DNA of 64,000 nucleotides, taken from positions 10,429 to 74,428 of the IMG/VR virus record IMGVR_UViG_3300044957_000346; one strand, 5' to 3'. Below the pieces are notes generated by a model, which had not been told where the DNA came from, searched no databases, and saw nothing but the letters and a program-made list of their open reading frames with translations. A program made the translations under genes and the position numbers. This DNA comes from a virus. Below are positions 9,591-21,176 of the stretch, in pieces; within the stretch, counting starts at the first letter, position 1; each line of letters begins with the position of its first letter.

Positions 9591-10535
9591 ATGAAGTTTA
9601 AAACTGTCTTTATAGCAAGCAAAAGAATAAATTATTTTGAAATAACATTATTGTCTATTAAAGATCAAATAGATGAGTGTGAACTTTATATAGACGGAGA
9701 CGAACATGATGTGGGGATAATGCAAAACATTAATACTTTTAAAAAATATTTTCCAACTTCAATTATAAATAAAGTTTCTCATAAAAATCCAGATCTAACA
9801 ATTAGTAAAATATTTATCGATAATTTTAATAAAAATATTGAAAATTTGTTTTTGGTCGAGGACGATTTGTATTTTAGTCACAATTATGTAAAACAATCTA
9901 AGCAGTTATATGAATTTATAAAAGATGACGATAGAATAGTGACATTCAGCTGTTTTAGTAGAGAAACATTAGGATGGTCACACGAAGAAATTGTTAAATA
10001 TAAAAACTGTCTAGTACCACAACACAATCACATAGGAACATTTATAAAATTTGATCTCTTTGAAAGATTGTACAAAAATTACATCGAAGAATATCATAAT
10101 TTATTAGTAAGAGATAGAACTACACAATTAATTAAAAATTATTGCAGACGAGAGTTGCAAATTTACAACAATAGTTATCCTATTGACGCATTTTATTCGA
10201 TGTTAATTCGACGAGATGGCAAATATAGAGTATCAACTGTTTATAATAAATTGATCAATCGTGGAGAAATTGGTACCAATTGTAATCCAAAAGTTTATTT
10301 AGACGAAGGGTGGTATAAATGTAATTATATAGAAGATTTTATTAATAATTTTTCCTTTGAACCAGATAATCCAAATTGGCCAACGTGGTATTACTTTAAA
10401 GTTATAAGAAATCTTTTTGTGGGTAGAGATTGGATAGAAAAATTCGTTGGTGATCACGAAAATGCAACTGAAGAAGGTAAACTGGAAAAAATTGAGAGAC
10501 TTAAGGTTGAGTACAAAGATTCATTTGATATGTGA
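9591..10535 (+). CDS. Putative GT-A glycosyltransferase
   Basis: LVEDD motif, NRGEIG; glycan cluster context. Confidence 0.5.
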   Translation: MKFKTVFIASKRINYFEITLLSIKDQIDECELYIDGDEHDVGIMQNINTFKKYFPTSIINKVSHKNPDLTISKIFIDNFNKNIENLFLVEDDLYFSHNYVKQSKQLYEFIKDDDRIVTFSCFSRETLGWSHEEIVKYKNCLVPQHNHIGTFIKFDLFERLYKNYIEEYHNLLVRDRTTQLIKNYCRRELQIYNNSYPIDAFYSMLIRRDGKYRVSTVYNKLINRGEIGTNCNPKVYLDEGWYKCNYIEDFINNFSFEPDNPNWPTWYYFKVIRNLFVGRDWIEKFVGDHENATEEGKLEKIERLKVEYKDSFDM

Positions 10536-11587
10536 AAGTTTTAGTTACCACAACTGCATTTAATTTATATCAGAGGCTGTCGCCATTTTACGACACACTT
10601 CGTAAAATATATGGGTATGAAATTATATATCTTCCTATAGAAGAAGTTACATCGACTACACTCAACAATGTAGACATTTGTTTATATGATTATTTTGACA
10701 TGTCACATAGTCGTGATGCTCATAACTCAATGGTTATAGGTGCAAACTCAAAAAAAGAAATATTTTTTAATTTTAAAGGCAAGTTATATTTTTTTATAAC
10801 CGACGATGGAAATGCATCTTATATACAAGGGTTGGATGAAGAGATATTTGACAGATTAGATGGTTGGTTGTGTTTGATGAAAAGATCTGACACGGATGTA
10901 TTTTATAATAAAAAATACAATCATAAATATTGTTTGATGCCTAGATATGTGATTCGGGTTAATGAACCAAGACTGTCATATCTATCTAAACAAAATAATT
11001 TGTTTTTTTATGGAAGAACTAGTGGCGCAAATTCTTTTAATGGTAAAAATAAAAGAGTGGAGAGTTTAAAAATAATTCAAAAAAATAAATGTTTATCCGA
11101 ACATTTCTCAGGAGGCACAATTGATGATACAATACTAGAATTAGGAAACAACCAGAATGAAGAGTATAATAAAACGATTCCATATGTGCATAAAGATCAA
11201 TGGCTTACATTTGATGAATTTTTAAAAAAAATAAATGAGAATAGATTGAGTCTTTGTATACCTGGAAATTCTAATCTTGGAATTCGAAATTATGCTACAT
11301 TGGGTGTGGGATCTACAATGATATCCACAAATTTATTGAAAGATCCAGTTGATTGGTTCTTTAGTGAAAAATTAAAAGATTGTTTTTATGAAATTAAAGA
11401 CGACTTAAGTGATTTAGAATATATTTATGAATATGCTTTGACGCACGAAATTGAATCTGAAAAAATTGCTGATCGTGGATATCATATTTTTATGAAATAT
11501 TTTCAACTTGAAATTGACAATACATATAATTCCATAGTTTTAAATCACTTGAAAGAAGATCTTAAAAAAATTAATTTTCCTATATGA
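10532..11587 (+). CDS. Putative GT-B glycosyltransferase (GT90/exostosin-like)
   Basis: LFFYGRTSG, LSLCIPGN..R, DLSDL...IADRG. Confidence 0.5.
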   Translation: MKVLVTTTAFNLYQRLSPFYDTLRKIYGYEIIYLPIEEVTSTTLNNVDICLYDYFDMSHSRDAHNSMVIGANSKKEIFFNFKGKLYFFITDDGNASYIQGLDEEIFDRLDGWLCLMKRSDTDVFYNKKYNHKYCLMPRYVIRVNEPRLSYLSKQNNLFFYGRTSGANSFNGKNKRVESLKIIQKNKCLSEHFSGGTIDDTILELGNNQNEEYNKTIPYVHKDQWLTFDEFLKKINENRLSLCIPGNSNLGIRNYATLGVGSTMISTNLLKDPVDWFFSEKLKDCFYEIKDDLSDLEYIYEYALTHEIESEKIADRGYHIFMKYFQLEIDNTYNSIVLNHLKEDLKKINFPI

Positions 11588-12264
11588 TCGATCAATTTGT
11601 AGATAAAATTTTTATTATAAATTTAAATCATCGAATTGATAGATGGTCTCTTATTACTTCACAATTAGATCGGCTCAATATTAAAAATTATGAAAGATTT
11701 CCCGCATATATTTATAAGAATGATAACATTTCTAATTATATATGTGGAAATGTGGGGTGTATAATTTCACATTACTTGATAAATGAAGTATCAAGATCAC
11801 ACGGATATAAAAAAATTTTAATATTGGAAGATGATTGCGAGTTCTTAGAAGAAAATTATTATAATTACAATTTTAAAAAATCATTCATGTTTCTAGAAAA
11901 TTGTGGGTACGATATGTTTTATTTAGGCGCTACATTTCATAAATATGATATCGAACCTATTAATGATTATGTTGATCAAATAAACCAATGTTGTGCAACG
12001 CATGCCATAATTACAGATGTTAATATAATATATGACAGGTTTAAAACTAGATATGACAGTGTTGATGGAATAATAAATTATTCTGCCAAAAGTGATGTTG
12101 ATACATCCATATTTACTATCGATGGTACTTATGGATCATTTAATCTGAGGAGATTTGTAACAAACCCTATATTGGCTATTCAACGGCCATCTCACAGTGA
12201 TATAACTGGTCATTTTGCTGCCACAAATCAATATAATATGTGGAAAGAAGCAAAAGTAATTTAA
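11584..12264 (+). CDS. GT25-like glycosyltransferase
   Basis: IINL.HR.DRW, GC..SH, ILEDD, FYLG. Confidence 0.8.
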   Translation: MIDQFVDKIFIINLNHRIDRWSLITSQLDRLNIKNYERFPAYIYKNDNISNYICGNVGCIISHYLINEVSRSHGYKKILILEDDCEFLEENYYNYNFKKSFMFLENCGYDMFYLGATFHKYDIEPINDYVDQINQCCATHAIITDVNIIYDRFKTRYDSVDGIINYSAKSDVDTSIFTIDGTYGSFNLRRFVTNPILAIQRPSHSDITGHFAATNQYNMWKEAKVI

Positions 12265-12336
12265 TTTATATGACTTGGGACGATGTAAAATTAAAAGACA
12301 TATCAGAATTAAATATCCGGAATTTGGAGATGTTAC

Positions 12337-13098
12337 TTAAATTTTAGCCCATCTATCTGGAAGTATGTCTTTACTATTAATTTGTTCAAACCACTTTGAT
12401 GGACATATCACTTTATTATTATTTTTATTCATCCAAGCTCCCCACCAACTGAATGTGCTATTTGATATGATATTATGATCACAAAATGACATCAGATACA
12501 TGTCAATTAAATCGGACTCATTTTCTACGAAGTAGAATTTATCACCGATAAACGATTGCTTACAGTAATCTATATCGTCGCTAAAAATTAAAAATTTACA
12601 ATTTTTGAAATTAGTTATAGCACTATAATAGTACTCTAAATTACATGGGGGATGTATATGTGATAAATTCATATAATTTCCCCGTCTAACATGAATAGAT
12701 ACCGTGTTGTTATGAATAAACTCAGAATATTTGGTGTTAATATAAGATTTTATGTCGTCCGTTGGAGAAAATAAATCTAAAATTTCCTCTCTATACCGCA
12801 TAAAATATTTTTCACATTGAAAATATCCATTTAATTTTATATTAACGTCCAATGGAATTGATATTGGGGTGTATGTAAATGAAGGTTCATTATATAGATG
12901 AAAGTTTGATATATCGTTTATTAATTTAAATTTTCTAAATATGCTGCTTGTATAATTACTAGGGTGTGTATGTAAGTACCCTTTATGATCTAGATGTATA
13001 CAAGGTGTTAGTTTTTTTTCAAGACCAACTGCATATGTTGTTGCTAGTCCAAACATCATATTTCCTAATCCGCCTAATAATTGACAAGTAATATCCAT
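12337..13098 (-). CDS. GT11 alpha-1,2-fucosyltransferase-like protein
   Basis: GGLGN.MF, GYFQ, SIHVRRGNY, IFSDD, NSTFSWWGAW. Confidence 0.9.
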   Translation of the reverse strand: MDITCQLLGGLGNMMFGLATTYAVGLEKKLTPCIHLDHKGYLHTHPSNYTSSIFRKFKLINDISNFHLYNEPSFTYTPISIPLDVNIKLNGYFQCEKYFMRYREEILDLFSPTDDIKSYINTKYSEFIHNNTVSIHVRRGNYMNLSHIHPPCNLEYYYSAITNFKNCKFLIFSDDIDYCKQSFIGDKFYFVENESDLIDMYLMSFCDHNIISNSTFSWWGAWMNKNNNKVICPSKWFEQINSKDILPDRWAKI

Positions 13099-13121
13099 AA
13101 TATAATTTAATAAACCTTAAA

Positions 13122-14048
13122 ATGCGTCAATATATATGTATGACAGTTGCAAATAAACCGATGATTTTCGATTTAAGACATTTAGATGTTGAAGTGTTTA
13201 AAAAGTTTGACGGTATATGTAATTATTTTAATCCGTCACATTTTAACGGTAAAACTATATTTCGTCGTGAAAGTAAATTTGAAAATAAACTATTATTTAG
13301 TGACATAGTAGATGATCAAGATAATATCATATTACAACATCGTATAGACGAAAACTATTTATGGAGTTATGAAGATGCTAGATTTATTAATGAAAATGAA
13401 ATAAGCGTATGTTGTTGTAAAAGAGATAAAAATCGCTTGGGTAAAATAATTAATGTAGAGTTTAAAAAATATAATTTAACTACAAAAGAATTCACACATT
13501 TTAAAACACAAAACTCATATTTCGAAAAACACTGGCAGTTTTATAGTGATAAAATTATCTATCATGTTAATCCATACACAATATTAGATCTTAATGAAAA
13601 TATTATTTATAAAAATCTGATTAATTGGCAACCGTGGATAGAGAAGTATGGTAATCCGGGGTTAAGTACAAATATATTTGAATTAAATAGTAAAAAATAT
13701 CTATTGTTTCATAGTTATATAGCATTAGAAAAATTATATTTTAAATATTATGTTGGTATAATGTCATTAGATAATGATTTGAAGCCTATTGGATATTCAC
13801 AAGACGCATTGTTTGAATCAAATAAATCATATAGCGATCCTACACTTCTTGAATCTTTGTGGCAATGGCGTAATACTGAACTAGCACCAGTTGTTAAATA
13901 TGAAGTTATATTTCCAATGAATGTAGTGGTGGATAATGAAAATATTAATATATATAGTGGATTAAATGATTGTAGTGCTGTAAATATAAAAATAGATAAA
14001 CAAGTTTTTATAGATGAAATAAAAAATCAACCGTTTGTATTAGTATGA
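13122..14048 (+). CDS. Hypothetical protein, possible beta-propeller glycosidase
   Basis: FNPS, EDAR, EKHW, VIFP, YSG..D resemble GH130-like propellers. Confidence 0.4.
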   Translation: MRQYICMTVANKPMIFDLRHLDVEVFKKFDGICNYFNPSHFNGKTIFRRESKFENKLLFSDIVDDQDNIILQHRIDENYLWSYEDARFINENEISVCCCKRDKNRLGKIINVEFKKYNLTTKEFTHFKTQNSYFEKHWQFYSDKIIYHVNPYTILDLNENIIYKNLINWQPWIEKYGNPGLSTNIFELNSKKYLLFHSYIALEKLYFKYYVGIMSLDNDLKPIGYSQDALFESNKSYSDPTLLESLWQWRNTELAPVVKYEVIFPMNVVVDNENINIYSGLNDCSAVNIKIDKQVFIDEIKNQPFVLV

Positions 14049-14680
14049 ATAATTTTTTTAATAAGATATATATAATATCATCGTATGACACTAAAAATAG
14101 ATTATCTGAATTAATTCCATTTTTAAAAAATGAAGGCATTGACGTAGAGATTGTTATAGCTCCTAAAAAAGAATATTTTATTCCGGATTTTTCTAAAACA
14201 TGTAAGTCGAAAGGAGCATTTAGTCATATTAGCGCAGCTGAGTCGATTTTCTTGAAAGAATCATTTTTAAAGTCTGATACTTTTTGTATCATGGAAGATG
14301 ATATATTTTTTGCAGATGATTATATTAACAAATTAAATTTATTTTTCTCGAAATTATCAGACGATTGGGAAATTTTAAATTTAGGATTTCATGAATATAA
14401 TAATTTTAAATCTAAAACATCAAATTTGTTTTATAAATTAAAAACCGAAGATCGAATATGTGGTGCGCATATCGTTGCATATAAAAATAAAACCGTTCCA
14501 TTTTTAATAGATAAGTTGAACATATGTGAACATCCAATGGATTGGTTTTTGTGTGATCACATTTATCCAAATTTTAATACTTATTTGTGTTTAGATAATA
14601 TATTTTATGGTTCTTCATATAGAGAAAACGAAAACAATAAACATTTATATTATAAAAAATATGAATCGTCCTTGTTATGA
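14045..14680 (+). CDS. GT25-like glycosyltransferase
   Basis: IMEDD, DWEILNLG, GAH, PMDW. Confidence 0.7.
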   Translation: MNNFFNKIYIISSYDTKNRLSELIPFLKNEGIDVEIVIAPKKEYFIPDFSKTCKSKGAFSHISAAESIFLKESFLKSDTFCIMEDDIFFADDYINKLNLFFSKLSDDWEILNLGFHEYNNFKSKTSNLFYKLKTEDRICGAHIVAYKNKTVPFLIDKLNICEHPMDWFLCDHIYPNFNTYLCLDNIFYGSSYRENENNKHLYYKKYESSLL

Positions 14681-15240
14681 AAAAATTAATAGTCGCGAGA
14701 TATAATGAAAATTTAGATTGGTTAAATAAAATTAATTTTGAATCCGTTATATATAATAAAGGTGATATTGATTCAAATTATATAAATTTACCAAATATAG
14801 GTCGTGAAGCTGATACTTATTTAAATTATATACTTTCTAATTATAATAATCTATCTGACATTACTGTTTTTACACAAGCTAATCCATTTGATCATTGTTA
14901 TGATTTTGTTGAAAAAGTTAATACTACCACTGATTTTAATAATGTGGTTTGGTTAGGTACAAACTGGGGTCCTGTAACTAAAAATTTTGAAGGTGGGCCT
15001 GGTGAACGGCCGTTACCATTATTAGATATATGTGAAGAATTATTTCAAATCAAATTTAGTAAAGATAAAACATTTATTTTTTCAGCAGGTGCTCAATATA
15101 TGGTTCCTAAAAATTTTATTTTAAAAAAATCGTTAAACTGGTGGAAAAACTGTTATATTGTTTTTAATAAGTATATTGAAACTTCGCCGTGGGCGTATGA
15201 AAGAATTTGGCCTTTAATATGGAATTATGAAAATTTATAA
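14677..15240 (+). CDS. DUF3431-like protein
   Basis: VARYNENLDW, LPNIGREADTYL.YI..NY, FTQ..PFDH, ERIW. Confidence 0.7.
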   Translation: MKKLIVARYNENLDWLNKINFESVIYNKGDIDSNYINLPNIGREADTYLNYILSNYNNLSDITVFTQANPFDHCYDFVEKVNTTTDFNNVVWLGTNWGPVTKNFEGGPGERPLPLLDICEELFQIKFSKDKTFIFSAGAQYMVPKNFILKKSLNWWKNCYIVFNKYIETSPWAYERIWPLIWNYENL

Positions 15241-15792
15241 AACAAGAATAGATCTTATAAAAGATTTGGTTAATGAATCGTCAATTTGTGTTGAATTGGG
15301 TGTTTTATACGGAGGATTTGCACAGCATATTCACAATCAAAATCCTAAAAAATTGTATTTAGTTGATTTGTGAAATTGTTCAATGTTTTGTGGCGATGAG
15401 GATGGAAAAATTTACAACTATATAATCATTTAAGTTGTTTAAATACAGTAAAAAATAAATTTGGCGATTCATATAATACGGAAATTATATAAAATGATTC
15501 TATTTCTTTTATGAAATCGTGTGAAAATAATTATTTTGATTTCATTTATATTGATACTACGCATACCTACGAACAAACATTAAACGAATTGGAAATTTCT
15601 TTTTTAAAATGTAAAGTCGGTGGATATGTGCGTGGTCATGATTTAGATATAAATGTTGATAGATGCGTTAATCCGCCATATTCATTTCAAGTTGATAAAG
15701 CTGTATATGAATTTTGTACAAAATATAGTCAAAAAATATATGCTATTTCTCTAGATGGATGCATTAGTTTTGCAATTAAAAAATGTGTATAA
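15227..15792 (+). pseudogene. Class I SAM methyltransferase (Methyltransf_24-like), disrupted
   Basis: VELGV..G, LVDL then in-frame TGA, later frameshift and TAA, then FDFIYID..H, GHD. Confidence 0.7.
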
Positions 15793-15816
15793 CTTCTTGA
15801 TATTATATATAACTTA

Positions 15817-16536
15817 ATGATTACTATTGTTTCCCCCATATATTTAGGTCAACAACATAGAGTTGAATATTATCAAAAGTTTATTAATTCGTGTAAAAAT
15901 CAAAACAATTTTAATAAAATACAATTTATTTTTTTCTATGAAAATACTATAGTAGATTATAATTTAATTTACGAATTAAAATCATACAATAACATTGATT
16001 TACATATAAATTCATACGACTTTAAAACTTTCCTAAATCAGTATAATTGTTTGAATTATTGTTTTGAACATCTAAAATTAGATCATGTTATATATCTTGA
16101 AGACGATGTAGAAACATCCAATGATTTATACGATATAACAAATTTTTATATAAATTCCGAACATTATCATGATAATAATATATTTTGTTATCTAAATAAA
16201 GATAATTTGATAGATGATGTTTTGACTAAATCCGATCTAATCCAAGTCAAACCATTCATGCGTGGAAATATGGGTTACTTTACACCGTGGGGATTTTTAG
16301 CGACAAAATATATGTGGAATAATGCTTTAAAATATTGGAATAAGAAAAGATCATTTGATTTCGAAATTGTAGAAATATTTAAAAATACTCATCAAATTAT
16401 ATCACCTCAAGAGTCTAGAGTAAATCATATTGGAGAAATAGGTGCGAGTTATAACAAGGCGTTATTTGAATCACACAACTTTAATACTTATAAGGTAAAA
16501 CAATATCAAAATCCAATAATTTATACTTATGTATGA
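15817..16536 (+). CDS. Putative GT-A glycosyltransferase
   Basis: IYLEDD, FTPWG, SRVNHIG..G. Confidence 0.55.
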   Translation: MITIVSPIYLGQQHRVEYYQKFINSCKNQNNFNKIQFIFFYENTIVDYNLIYELKSYNNIDLHINSYDFKTFLNQYNCLNYCFEHLKLDHVIYLEDDVETSNDLYDITNFYINSEHYHDNNIFCYLNKDNLIDDVLTKSDLIQVKPFMRGNMGYFTPWGFLATKYMWNNALKYWNKKRSFDFEIVEIFKNTHQIISPQESRVNHIGEIGASYNKALFESHNFNTYKVKQYQNPIIYTYV

Positions 16537-17629
16537 CTATATAATAGTAGGATCTGGGTTATTTGGATCTACATTTGCAAACTTAGTACATTCATGTGGA
16601 AAATCGTGTCTTGTTTTGGAAAAAAGAAATCACATAGGCGGTAACATTTATACTGAAAAAAAAGATGGTATTAATATACACATGTATGGTCCACATATAT
16701 TTCATACATCAAATGAAAAAATTTGGAAATACATCAATAAATTTTCTAAATTTAATAATTTTTTAAATAGACCCAAAGTAAAATATAAGAATAATATATA
16801 TTCATTTCCTATTAATTTATTAACTTTATATCAGTTATGGGGAGTTATCACTCCAGAACAAGCAAAGAATAAATTAAATAGTGTTAAACTTAAAATAAAA
16901 AATCCTAGTAATCTAGAAGAGTGGATTTTAAATCAAGTTGGAGAAGAAATATATGAGACATTCATATACGGTTATACTAAAAAACAATGGGGCAAAGAAC
17001 CTTGTGAATTACCGAGTTCAATTGTTAAAAGATTGCCCATACGATTAGATTTTAATGATGGATATTATAATAATGAAGACATTTATCAAGGAATTCCAAT
17101 AGATGGATATACCGTTATTATAAATAATATGTTAAAAGATATTCAGGTGGAATTAAATGAAGATTTTAATAAAAACAAAGCTTATTGGCTTCCAAAAGCA
17201 AAACATATTGTCTATACAGGAGCCATTGATCAATTATTTGATTATAAATTGGGAGTACTTGAATATAGAAGTCTTAAATTTGTACACGAAAAATTAAAAA
17301 TTGGAGATTTTCAAGGAAATGCAATAGTTAATTATACGGAATATCAAGTTCCGTATACTAGAATTATAGAACATAAACATTTTGAAAATGTAAATGTAGA
17401 ACATACAATAATAACAAAAGAATTTCCTGAAAAATGGACTATTGGTAAAGAAAGTTACTATCCTTTGAACAATAGTCAAAATGATGAATTGTATAAAAAA
17501 TATATAGAATTGGCAAAAAAAGAATATCCTAATTTTATATTTGGTGGCAGATTAGCATCGTATAAATATTTTGACATGCATCAAGTTATAGGGCAAGCTA
17601 TGCACAAAGCTCAAGAACAATTTTGTTAA
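16529..17629 (+). CDS. glf: UDP-galactopyranose mutase
   Basis: VGSGLFG, HIGGN, YGPHIFHT, YT.KQWG, GRLA.YKYFDMHQ. Confidence 0.95.
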   Translation: MYDYIIVGSGLFGSTFANLVHSCGKSCLVLEKRNHIGGNIYTEKKDGINIHMYGPHIFHTSNEKIWKYINKFSKFNNFLNRPKVKYKNNIYSFPINLLTLYQLWGVITPEQAKNKLNSVKLKIKNPSNLEEWILNQVGEEIYETFIYGYTKKQWGKEPCELPSSIVKRLPIRLDFNDGYYNNEDIYQGIPIDGYTVIINNMLKDIQVELNEDFNKNKAYWLPKAKHIVYTGAIDQLFDYKLGVLEYRSLKFVHEKLKIGDFQGNAIVNYTEYQVPYTRIIEHKHFENVNVEHTIITKEFPEKWTIGKESYYPLNNSQNDELYKKYIELAKKEYPNFIFGGRLASYKYFDMHQVIGQAMHKAQEQFC

Positions 17630-18257
17630 CTTGATTCATCAGTTCAAATTTTGAATTTGTAGTTAAAGCACAATTTGCATGATAAAGTAAAATATCTTTA
17701 TTTATATGTTTGAAACCGACTGAAGTTTATAAAAATGTCGCTGGTAGTAAATCCCATTTTAAATTATAATTTTTGTTTTTATATAAAAATTCATTGATCA
17801 CTTTTTGTTCCCAAGTACCACTTTTACAAACTTCAAATATAACATCTTGGAAAAAATTAAGAGTTTTTTGATTAGATCGTATGATATTAAATCCAAAATT
17901 AATATTACCTCCTTGTAATTCAAATATACCATCATAAAATTCTCGTAAAAATAAAACATCATTATTTTCTATTAAATTTAAAATTGTAGGAATGATTGGT
18001 TTATAAAATACAATATCAATATCCGAGAATACAAATACTTCATTTTCCGGTAACATTTTTATTATCTATACAATGTTATTCACACGTGATTTCCATATTT
18101 CGATTCCACCTCCGTATTTGAGATGTTCCGGCAGATTTACATCAAAAACTGGAGAATTTATTTTTATTTCAATTTTATTAAAATTGTCTTTGACACTTTC
18201 AATAAAAGAGTTTTTAAGATCTAAAAATTTGTCATCATACATGTAATAAAGATTCAT
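17598..18257 (-). pseudogene. Nucleotide-diphospho-sugar transferase (GT77-like) with two in-frame stops
   Basis: One frame spans the ORFs 18066-18257 and 17727-18056 through TAG and then TAA; FSDIDI, NFGF, EQ..IN, YHANC. Confidence 0.7.
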
Positions 18258-19195
18258 AAGTTTTTAAAGAAATATATCATTTTTCTACGATTATTATCGT
18301 TTATACTTTTAAATAAGTTACATCTCTGTTTATTTTTACCAATTAATTTAAAATTTTCTAAAACATCCTTAAATTTAGATTTATTTACGAAAAATGATTT
18401 TCTAAACGGATATAAATTATTTGTATTGTCTGTACAATATATATAGTTTTGATCGATAAATTCTTCGACTGGTATAAAATGTACCAAGTCTGGGTCTAGT
18501 TGTTCTCTGAATACCGGTATATCACTGCAAATAATTTCAGCTCCTGTAGATAATCCTTCAAACAGATAATGTCCCCAACTTTCATATAAGCTACAACATA
18601 TGTGAATATTGTGTGAATTTAATAGATACGATATACTTTCTTCAGATTGATATGTGTTTATATGATTGAAATTTGAGGGTGGAATATATCTATTGTATGA
18701 ATCGACCAAAGTAATCGGAATAGTCTGCGTCAGAATTAATTCTGTATTTTTTTGTATTGATCTGCCTACAAAATGTAAAAAAGAACTGGTACGTTCAACA
18801 TTTATATTATATAAATTTTTTGAAATAAAAGGTAAACAAATTGCATTACAATAATTTTTAATTATATTGTATGCATAATTTGATTTGCATATTACATAAT
18901 CAAATCTTTTAAGATCCTCGATGTTGTAATCAAACCATTCTTCATTTATATAAAAAATATTTATTTTAAAATTTTCCAGCAAATGACCATAATAATTTTG
19001 TATCCAAATTCCTATATCAGATTTATACTTTTGATCAAATTTATCCAAAAAAATAATATGTGTATCTTGTAAAGAAATTTCTTCTAAAATATTTTTTAAA
19101 ATTAGTGCGTCTGTCACTAATCCAACATAATTATTAAAGGTCAATATATTATACCTCATATATGTTAAATAGTTGTGCATACAAGGTTTATTCAC
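18254..19195 (-). CDS. GT4-like glycosyltransferase (start may be downstream)
   Basis: GRS.QKNT, ESWGHYLFEG, SDIP. Confidence 0.7.
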   Translation of the reverse strand: MNKPCMHNYLTYMRYNILTFNNYVGLVTDALILKNILEEISLQDTHIIFLDKFDQKYKSDIGIWIQNYYGHLLENFKINIFYINEEWFDYNIEDLKRFDYVICKSNYAYNIIKNYCNAICLPFISKNLYNINVERTSSFLHFVGRSIQKNTELILTQTIPITLVDSYNRYIPPSNFNHINTYQSEESISYLLNSHNIHICCSLYESWGHYLFEGLSTGAEIICSDIPVFREQLDPDLVHFIPVEEFIDQNYIYCTDNTNNLYPFRKSFFVNKSKFKDVLENFKLIGKNKQRCNLFKSINDNNRRKMIYFFKNL

Positions 19196-19312
19196 AAAAT
19201 GGTGAAGATGGAATAATAGATATATCTCAGTGTTTTACTAATGATAAAGTAAAATTTAAAATGGAGCATAGATGGCCAAGAACAAAAAATATGGAATGGA
19301 TATCGGTATAAT

Positions 19313-19987
19313 ATGATAAATTCAATTGCAGATAAAGTATTTGTTATAACAACAGTTGATTCAAATCGGACAAATTATATAAAAAATCATTTAAATGAAA
19401 ATAATATTAAATTTGATTTTTTTGTAGCACCAGAGAAACTAATTGTAACTGACAATATTATTGTAAAAGACGGTGGGGATGTTAGTAGTAAAAATCACAA
19501 AGCGTCTATCAGTTTAACATCTGCTTATACGTCTATAGTAGAAGTATCGAGGATAAACAATTTTACAAACATTTGTGTTATAGAGGACGACTGTTTTTTT
19601 ACTAAAAACTGGATACAAAAAATTGATATATTTTTAAAAAATATACCCAATGATTGGGATGTATTAAATCTTGGTTATCATCCGTTACATGATACTGACA
19701 CTATAAAACAAATGTATAATGATTATGTAAATATTCCATTAAATTGGCATCACACGGCACACTGCATGATGTTAAAAAATACATGTTTTAATGAATTTTT
19801 GAATTTAATAAACATTTGGAAATATACAATACCTGTCGATTATATTTTCAATGAAATATATAAAAACAAACGATTTAAATGTTTTTTTCCAAGTGGAAAA
19901 ATTATACACCAATTATCAGTTAGAGATCATAGATATGATATTGAAAATATAAATTTGAGATTTAAAAGTTTTGTTTATGATACCTAA
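19313..19987 (+). CDS. GT25-like glycosyltransferase
   Basis: VIEDD, DWDVLNLG, PVDY. Confidence 0.7.
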   Translation: MINSIADKVFVITTVDSNRTNYIKNHLNENNIKFDFFVAPEKLIVTDNIIVKDGGDVSSKNHKASISLTSAYTSIVEVSRINNFTNICVIEDDCFFTKNWIQKIDIFLKNIPNDWDVLNLGYHPLHDTDTIKQMYNDYVNIPLNWHHTAHCMMLKNTCFNEFLNLINIWKYTIPVDYIFNEIYKNKRFKCFFPSGKIIHQLSVRDHRYDIENINLRFKSFVYDT

Positions 19988-20167
19988 AAAAATACATCAT
20001 ATATGGGTAGGTAATACTTCAATTCCTGATAGGTTTATGTCTTACATAGAAATGTGTTATCAATTATATACGGATTATCAATTTTTTTATGGGATGATAA
20101 ATTAGTAGATGATGAAAATATAATACCAAATGATTTAAAGCCATATTATAATAATAAATTATTATAG
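19977..20167 (+). pseudogene. Truncated DXD glycosyltransferase (GT32-like N-terminus)
   Basis: MIPKKIHHIWVG...Y.FFLWDD then early stop. Confidence 0.55.
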
Positions 20168-20203
20168 AATATTATTGAATAATTATATTTATATATTATA
20201 TAT

Positions 20204-20737
20204 ATGTCTAAATTACAAGAATTGGGTGATACCGGTGATAGAATGATGCAAGGTTTACCTTATGGACAAGGAGGTGCTGTTACCGGAGCATCTAGTTTTG
20301 ATACTTTCAGTAGTCCAGATGTATCACAAGATCCTAACAAATTCGGTACACTCACCGATAAAAGTAAGATTACAGCTACAGATAAGCAATCTATGCAAAA
20401 GATTGCTCCATTTGGACCGTATACAGGCCAAGATCCAAAGTCCTTTGATACCGATGTCGCACAAATCAAATACAAAGTAACTCCGGATGAGGTTTTGACT
20501 GGTATTGATTACGAAATGAAAAAGATGGTTCTTAAAGATAAACAAGTCGCTAAACAAAATGTAGTATCCAATCTCAAGAAAGATCCACAATACTATAGCA
20601 AATTAAGAATGTTAGTCATTGAAGACGAAGACGGGGGTAAAAATCAGACTGACTATAGAACTCCACAAGAAAAAGCTATAGCAGAAGTTATGCAACAGTT
20701 ACACAAAGATAAGTTAAATCGTCGTAACTGGAGTTAA
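20204..20737 (+). CDS. Hypothetical, probable late/virion protein
   Basis: GIDYEM...NLKKDPQYYSKL resembles the GIQIEMEH...DHLYEDPAYYTKL motif of ORF 21177; upstream TATTTATA. Confidence 0.55.
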   Translation: MSKLQELGDTGDRMMQGLPYGQGGAVTGASSFDTFSSPDVSQDPNKFGTLTDKSKITATDKQSMQKIAPFGPYTGQDPKSFDTDVAQIKYKVTPDEVLTGIDYEMKKMVLKDKQVAKQNVVSNLKKDPQYYSKLRMLVIEDEDGGKNQTDYRTPQEKAIAEVMQQLHKDKLNRRNWS

Positions 20738-20749
20738 TATTTATTATAT

Positions 20750-20950
20750 ATGCGTAATTTTGCTAAAGATGGTCCTCAATATCGTAAGCCAGATCCGCTT
20801 AAAAAGAATTGGCATTATATAGGAGACGGTAAACCTCATGATATTACCAAAGGACATCCTGAAATGCGTGGTAGAACCTGGATAATTGATCCCAGTTATC
20901 ATAGTGGTAAAAGTTTTGAAAAATTTCAACAAGGTTTAAAAAATGATTGA
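20750..20950 (+). CDS. Small hypothetical protein
   Basis: ATG ORF preceded by TATTTATT. Confidence 0.5.
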   Translation: MRNFAKDGPQYRKPDPLKKNWHYIGDGKPHDITKGHPEMRGRTWIIDPSYHSGKSFEKFQQGLKND

Positions 20951-20970
20951 TAATTTAATTAATAAAAGAA

Positions 20971-21105
20971 TTGGGATATTTTGTTGATGGTAATGATAAA
21001 GAAAAAAATGTAGTATTTGAATTTGACGAAAAATGTCATTATGATATTAATAATAACTTAAAAGAAAAAGGCATCCTTAGATGCATTCTATCAAACAGCA
21101 TTTAA
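20971..21105 (+). pseudogene. Remnant of a Vsr/EDxHD-like endonuclease
   Basis: LGYFVDGNDKEKNVVFEFDEKCHY without an intact start. Confidence 0.5.
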
Positions 21106-21176
21106 ATAATTGTAAATTCATACGATATAATGAGAGATTAAATGAAATAAAAGAATATTAAGTAATATTTATATTT